Source: Gemmatimonadota bacterium
GTDB taxonomy: Bacteria > Gemmatimonadota > Gemmatimonadetes > JACCXV01 > JAHWKZ01
Assembly: GCA_035711625.1 (NCBI GenBank)
Contig: DASTCA010000022.1
Coordinates: forward strand, 21,039-85,038
Direction: 5' to 3'
DNA: 64,000 nt
Made by a program: the position numbers and the translations under genes. The number at the start of each line of letters is the position of its first letter. Position 1 is the first letter of the stretch. Shown here piece after piece: positions 59,372 to 64,000 of the stretch. The notes beneath the pieces were generated by a model. That model saw nothing but the letters and a program-made list of their open reading frames with translations, searched no databases and was not told where the DNA came from.

Positions 59372-61183
59372 ATGTCCGACCTTTCCTCCTTTTTCGCCCA
59401 GCTCCACTGGCTCGACTGGGCCGTTATCGCGGCGTACTTCGCGCTCTCGCTGGGCGTCGGCCTGTGGTTCATGCGCCGCGCCGGTTCCTCGACAGCGGAG
59501 TTCTTCGTCTCCGGGCGCGATCTGCCCTGGTGGCTCGCAGGCACGTCGATGGTCGCGACGTCATTCTCCGTAGATACCCCGCTCCTGATCACCGGCTTCG
59601 TCCGGACGCAGGGCATTCAGGGCAACTGGATCTGGTGGTGCTTCGCGATCGGCGGAGTGTTCTCCGCGTTCGTGTTCGCCCAGTTGTGGCGCCGAACCGA
59701 GGTCATGACCGACGTCGAGCTGACCCAGCTCCGCTACTCCGGCCGGCCCGCGGCCGCGCTGCGCGGATTTCGTGCCGTCTATATGACTCTGTACGCCAAC
59801 TGCCTCACGATGGCCTGGGTGATGCTCGCGATGGTCAAGGTGTTCGGGACGGTTTTCGACGTGGGGACGCTGGAGGCGACGCTGTTCGCGGCCGTGATCA
59901 CGCTCGCGTACTCGATGGTGTCGGGTCTGTGGGGCGTGGTGGTCACCGACCTGGTGCAGTTCGCGCTCGCCATGCTGGGAGCGATCGTTCTCGCCTGGTT
60001 CGTCGTCGACGAAGTCGGAGGTCTGGCGGCCATGCTCGATGGCGTGCGCGCTACCGCGGGAGCGGACGTGCTGGGCTTCCTGCCGCGGCTCGAGGACAGC
60101 GGTCCGGCGGCGTCGAGCGGCACTTGGTGGGGAGACCTCCTGTCCTGGTCGGCCACGCCGGTCGCGGCGTTCCTAATCCTGATCACGCTCCAGTGGTGGG
60201 CGAACAAGAACGCCGACGGCGGCGCGGTCGTGATCCAGCGTATGGCGGCGTCGCGCGACGAGCGCGAGTCCGTCCTCGGGACGCTGTGGTTCCAGGTCGC
60301 CAACTACGCGCTGCGCCCGTGGCCGTGGATCCTGGTGGCGCTGGGATCGCTCATCCTGTACCCGACGATGGACGACCCGGAGCTCGCCTACCCCCAGGCG
60401 ATGGTGGACTACCTGCCCGTGGGGCTCCTGGGACTCATGCTGGCGGCGTTCCTGGCGGCCTTCATGTCGACGTTGACGTCGTTCATAAACCTGTCCGCGG
60501 CCTACCTCGTGAACGACCTCTACCGGCCGTTCCTGGCCCGCGGCCGGGAAGATCGTCACTACGTCCAGGCCGGCCGGGTGGCCTCCTTCGTCGCGCTCGC
60601 GATCGGCGTCGTGATCAGCTTCTACGCGACCTCGATCTCGGGGCTGTTCCTGCTCCTCCTGACCCTGGGGGCGGGGATCGGGCTGGTCTACGTGGCGCGC
60701 TGGTTCTGGTGGCGGGTGAACGCGTGGAGCGAGATCTCGGCCATGGTCGCGAGCTCGCTGATCGGCGCCGCGCTCCAGCTCTCGCCCGAGTGGGGCGGCC
60801 CGACATTCCCCTTCGCGGCGAAGGTGTTCCTGAACCTGATCGGCTCGACGGCGGTGTGGATCGCGGTGACCTACGCGACCCCGCCCACGTCGATGGAGCG
60901 GCTGGTCGAGTTCTACCGCCGGGTGCGGCCGCCCGGCTGGTGGGGGCCGGTCCGGGAAGCGATCGGCCAGCCGCCTCGCGCGCGCACCGAAGGTCTGCGC
61001 CGGGGACTCGCGCTCTGGGCGCTCGGCACGACGTTCATCTACGCGGCCATGTTCGCGGTCGGGAAGCTGCTTCTCCTGGAGTGGGGCTGGGGGACGGGAT
61101 TGGGCCTGGTGGCGGTCGTCACCGGGTGGGCGCTCTCCCGTCAGCTGACGCGCGAGCGGGTGGCGAAGCTGCTGGGGGGTTGA
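59372..61183 (+). CDS. sodium:solute symporter family transporter
   Basis: 13-14 TM helices. SSS-type N-terminus (WLDWAVIAAYFALSLGVGLWF ... AEFFVSGRDLPWWLAGTSMVATSFSVDT). Confidence 0.7.
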   Translation: MSDLSSFFAQLHWLDWAVIAAYFALSLGVGLWFMRRAGSSTAEFFVSGRDLPWWLAGTSMVATSFSVDTPLLITGFVRTQGIQGNWIWWCFAIGGVFSAFVFAQLWRRTEVMTDVELTQLRYSGRPAAALRGFRAVYMTLYANCLTMAWVMLAMVKVFGTVFDVGTLEATLFAAVITLAYSMVSGLWGVVVTDLVQFALAMLGAIVLAWFVVDEVGGLAAMLDGVRATAGADVLGFLPRLEDSGPAASSGTWWGDLLSWSATPVAAFLILITLQWWANKNADGGAVVIQRMAASRDERESVLGTLWFQVANYALRPWPWILVALGSLILYPTMDDPELAYPQAMVDYLPVGLLGLMLAAFLAAFMSTLTSFINLSAAYLVNDLYRPFLARGREDRHYVQAGRVASFVALAIGVVISFYATSISGLFLLLLTLGAGIGLVYVARWFWWRVNAWSEISAMVASSLIGAALQLSPEWGGPTFPFAAKVFLNLIGSTAVWIAVTYATPPTSMERLVEFYRRVRPPGWWGPVREAIGQPPRARTEGLRRGLALWALGTTFIYAAMFAVGKLLLLEWGWGTGLGLVAVVTGWALSRQLTRERVAKLLGG

Positions 61184-62450
61184 GGCCCTCGCGCGGGCGG
61201 ACGCGGTTGGGGAGCGGGTCCGGCTCGCGGAACCAGCGACCTCGCACCATCACGCCGGCCGGCGCCTCGAGAGCCCCGAGGTCCTCGAGCGGATCGCGGT
61301 CCAGCAGGAGCAGGTCCGCTCTCGCGCCGGGCGCGATGACGCCGAACTCCCCGACCTGACCGAGGAACTCGGCGGCCCCCGCGGTCGCCATGCGAAGTGC
61401 CTCGAGAGGCGGGATGCCGGCCGCGACGAACTCCTCGAGCTCGTCGTGGAGCGAGGCGCCCGGATCCACCACTTCGATCCCCGCGTCGGACCCGACCAGG
61501 AGCCCGGCACCCGCTCGGTGCAGCGCCCGGACCATCGCGCCGCGGTTCGCTCGCGACGCATCCCGCTCGTCCGCGGGGAGCGCGCGCCCCAGCCGGTGGG
61601 CGATCGTCAGCGTCGGGCATACCCAGGCGCCGGCCGCCTCGGTGGCCGCGGCGAGCGCGGGGATCCGCTCGGAGCGGGTCCGGACCCAGGCGCGTGGACC
61701 TCGCCCCCCCACCAGAGTCAGCTCCTCCAGGTAGCCGGACAGGTGCTCGAGCGAGCGCTGACCGGAGGCGAGCACCCGCTCGAGCCCGACGCGGTGGGGG
61801 ACGTGGCCCACGAAGTCCATCCCGCGCCGCCGCGCCGCGGCGACGATCGAGTCGTACGGTTCCGCCCTCAGATCCTGGTAGACCTTGAGGGTCGTATACC
61901 CGGCCCGCCGCTGGACCTCCACCACGCTGTCGGCGACGGTGGGGTCCATGACGAGCTGAGTGAGCGGCCACTTGGGCGGCGTGCCGTCCAGCCCCGAGCT
62001 CACGAGATGAATCGCGGGGCCGAGGATCTCGCCGCGCTCGATCTCTCCGCGCATGACCCACGCGTCGGGGAAGCCCCACATGTTCCGAACCGTTGTGACC
62101 CCGAACGCGAGGTAGGTGTCGAGATCCTCGCGATTCAGGTGGACGTGCATGTCCGCGAGGCCGGGCATCAGGGTTCGCCCGCGGCCGTCGACGACGAGCG
62201 CGCCCTCCGGCGCCGCGAGGTCGCTCGCCGACCCCACCCAGCGGATCCTGTCTCCCTCGATCAGGACGGACTGCGAGTCGCGCGGTCCCGACCCGTCCAT
62301 CGGGAGGAGTCGGACGTCGACGATCGCGACGGGGGGCGCGGCGGGAGGCGCGAGAGGCGCGGTCACCAGGAGAGGCAGGACCACCGGCAGCAGCCGGCCC
62401 ACACCTCGTCGCGCACCGCCGTACGTCGGGTGGAACCCCACGGGGTCCAA
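61119..62450 (-). CDS. secreted amidohydrolase-family metal-dependent hydrolase
   Basis: Signal peptide. HxH metal motif (GLADMHVHL). TIM-barrel amidohydrolase pattern with a downstream His and Asp. 3' end overlaps the convergent symporter by 65 nt. Confidence 0.6.
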   Translation of the reverse strand: MDPVGFHPTYGGARRGVGRLLPVVLPLLVTAPLAPPAAPPVAIVDVRLLPMDGSGPRDSQSVLIEGDRIRWVGSASDLAAPEGALVVDGRGRTLMPGLADMHVHLNREDLDTYLAFGVTTVRNMWGFPDAWVMRGEIERGEILGPAIHLVSSGLDGTPPKWPLTQLVMDPTVADSVVEVQRRAGYTTLKVYQDLRAEPYDSIVAAARRRGMDFVGHVPHRVGLERVLASGQRSLEHLSGYLEELTLVGGRGPRAWVRTRSERIPALAAATEAAGAWVCPTLTIAHRLGRALPADERDASRANRGAMVRALHRAGAGLLVGSDAGIEVVDPGASLHDELEEFVAAGIPPLEALRMATAGAAEFLGQVGEFGVIAPGARADLLLLDRDPLEDLGALEAPAGVMVRGRWFREPDPLPNRVRPREGLNPPAASPPARASADGRAPTR

Positions 62451-62494
62451 ACGGCGTCGGGCAGGTGCCGGTTTGTTCCGCTACTTTCGCCGTC

Positions 62495-64000
62495 ATGCCC
62501 CATCGCAACGTCTTCCGGATTCTCGCACTGGCCGCGAGCCTTGGGCTCGCCACCGCCGACGCGACCGCTCAGGACGACCTCGCGGTCACGGTCCAGTATC
62601 CGCCCGCGGGGGCTGCGGTCACGGCTACGGATTCCACGTTCGTATTCGGACGGGTCGACGGTGCGAGCGGCGAGACGGTCGAGCTCTCCGTCGGCGGGAG
62701 CCCGGCCCACGTCCACGCCGGCGGCGGTTGGATCGCGTACGTCCCGCTGGAGCCGGACTCGTTCACGTTCGACGTCGTCGCCACGGCGAGCGACGGGCGC
62801 CGGGCCGAGGCGCGGCGCACGGTGTGGGTTCCGCGTTCGCCCCTCGCGGCGCCGACGGGCGACACCCTGGGTTACCGGCCCGAAACGATCGACCCGCGCG
62901 GGGCACTGGAGCTCTATGCCGGCGACACCGTCCAGGTCTCGGTGGTCGCGGCGCCGGGGATGGAGATCCGCGCACGGGTGGGAGGGAGCGGCGTGCGGCT
63001 CTCGCCGGGGTTCCCGGACGGCGCGAATCCAGGGCGACTGGTCTTCGACTTCGCCGATCCCCCGGAAACGCAATGGACCGCGGATCCCCCTCGCCCCGCG
63101 GACGGACCCTGGAAGCGCTACGCGGGTGACCTGTACCTGACGCTCTCGGGTGCGGCTTCCGATTCCCTGTGGCTCGATGTCACCGATCCGGCGGGTCGGA
63201 TGCGGACGGTTCCGGTGGCGGAGATCTCGTTCCTCGACCCGACCGTGATCCCGACCGCCGTCCTCCACGACGACACGGCGGGTGCCGGGGGAACCGACCA
63301 CCGGGTAATCGCCCGCCACGGCGCGGGCGCCGGCTATTCCCTCTTTCTGCCGAACGGCACGCATGCCGCGCTCGGCCGGCGGGTCGGGGACTGGCGCGAG
63401 ATCGCGCTCGCTCCCGGGACGCGCGCCTGGACTCCGCTGGCGGAGACCCACCCGGTCGACGCCGCGCGGCCGACGAGCCGGATCCGCGTGATCCGAACCC
63501 GCACGCGGGACGGATGGAGCGAAGTCGTGATTCCGACGACGGAGCGGCTCCCCTTCCGGCTCCGCCAGGATCTGGAGCCCGCGCGGTATGCGATCTCGGT
63601 CTTCGGCGCACTCGCCGACGTCGACTACGTCCAGTACACGTTCTCGGATCCCCTCGTCGAGTCCATCGATTGGGGTCAACCCGAGACGGGAACGCTCGAA
63701 GTCGAGGTCACGCTGTCCGGCGAGCGCGCGTGGGGCCACCGCGCGTACTGGGAGGGATCCCACCTCGTGATCGGGTTCCGTCATCCGCCCCCGGCGCTGT
63801 CGGACCGCCGCTTCCGCTCCCCGCTCCACGGGGTCCGGATTGTCGTCGATCCCGGTCACAACCCCGACACGGGAGCGGTCGGACCGACCGGACTCGAGGA
63901 GCGCGAAGCGAACCTCGCGATCTCGCTCGAGCTGGCCCGGATTCTCGAACGGCGGGGGGCGCTGGTGACCCTCACCCGCGCGACGCCGGACTCCGCGCTC
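62495..64000 (+). CDS. N-acetylmuramoyl-L-alanine amidase (Amidase_3 domain), 3'-truncated by the window end
   Basis: ATG at 62495 (MPHRNVFRILALAASLGLATADA signal). Open frame to the end of the window. The last about 50 residues start an Amidase_3 domain (IVVDPGHNPDTGAVGPTGLEEREANLAISLELAR). Absent from the ORF track because there is no stop within the window. Confidence 0.6.
   Translation, partial: MPHRNVFRILALAASLGLATADATAQDDLAVTVQYPPAGAAVTATDSTFVFGRVDGASGETVELSVGGSPAHVHAGGGWIAYVPLEPDSFTFDVVATASDGRRAEARRTVWVPRSPLAAPTGDTLGYRPETIDPRGALELYAGDTVQVSVVAAPGMEIRARVGGSGVRLSPGFPDGANPGRLVFDFADPPETQWTADPPRPADGPWKRYAGDLYLTLSGAASDSLWLDVTDPAGRMRTVPVAEISFLDPTVIPTAVLHDDTAGAGGTDHRVIARHGAGAGYSLFLPNGTHAALGRRVGDWREIALAPGTRAWTPLAETHPVDAARPTSRIRVIRTRTRDGWSEVVIPTTERLPFRLRQDLEPARYAISVFGALADVDYVQYTFSDPLVESIDWGQPETGTLEVEVTLSGERAWGHRAYWEGSHLVIGFRHPPPALSDRRFRSPLHGVRIVVDPGHNPDTGAVGPTGLEEREANLAISLELARILERRGALVTLTRATPDSAL

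Noticed and set aside
1-64000. CRISPR arrays, rRNA/tRNA genes, transposases, integrases, phage genes
   Set aside because: No regularly spaced direct repeats, no rRNA-like conserved segments, no tRNA cloverleafs in any intergenic gap over 60 bp, and no DDE, tyrosine- or serine-recombinase motifs were seen.

Overview
This is a 64-kb, very GC-rich (about 70% by eye), densely coding bacterial chromosomal segment. I support about 61 protein-coding genes. There are no rRNA or tRNA genes, no CRISPR array, and no transposase or integrase. Most real genes are much shorter than the long alternative-frame ORFs in the six-frame track, which are the usual high-GC artefacts. Many adjacent genes are joined by overlapping start/stop codons (ATGA or GTGA), so there are many short operons.

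Content in order:
- a DUF3574 lipoprotein and an S9-like alpha/beta hydrolase;
- a LysM protein and a lipoprotein;
- a secreted HExxH protein followed by a GNAT acetyltransferase;
- two paralogous GT1 glycosyltransferases (both on the minus strand) bracketing a 1430-aa unorthodox hybrid histidine kinase and a REC–class III adenylate cyclase response regulator;
- an ars-like operon (arsR, a calcineurin-like metallophosphoesterase, acr3, a membrane protein);
- an orphan HpnH-like radical SAM protein;
- a small membrane protein followed by a GNAT that lacks a canonical start codon;
- the chromate transporter chrA;
- a VOC dioxygenase and GNAT pair;
- an ICMT-like methyltransferase, a DUF5655-like zinc-ribbon protein and a sulfotransferase;
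- an ABC-2 exporter;
- two more class III cyclase proteins carrying TolB-like and TPR sensor regions, one of them co-transcribed with a MATE pump and a multicopper oxidase;
- a MoaD/ThiS-like protein ending in GG that is translationally coupled to a BNR beta-propeller protein;
- a DUF5916/CBM9-like outer-membrane protein, phosphatidylserine decarboxylase, an aldo/keto reductase, an outer-membrane barrel, a Kelch propeller, a LEA14-like lipoprotein, an M14 carboxypeptidase and a VWA protein;
- cystathionine beta-synthase;
- a peptidoglycan-recycling neighbourhood (murQ, anmK, nagZ, an MltD-like transglycosylase, a Na+/solute symporter, a secreted amidohydrolase and an Amidase_3 gene that runs off the window end) with a dodecin gene inserted on the opposite strand.

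Nothing here looks like a phage, a defence island or a mobile element. The most system-like novelty I can defend is the concentration of three class III nucleotidyl cyclases in 30 kb wired to different inputs: a Hpt phosphorelay nested between duplicated glycosyltransferases, a MATE–multicopper-oxidase operon, and a cytoplasmic TolB-like/TPR protein. Two smaller leads are the metallophosphoesterase sitting in the ars operon where an arsenate reductase is normally found, and the MoaD-like protein coupled to the BNR gene. All product calls are from motif recognition by eye. No database searches were run.
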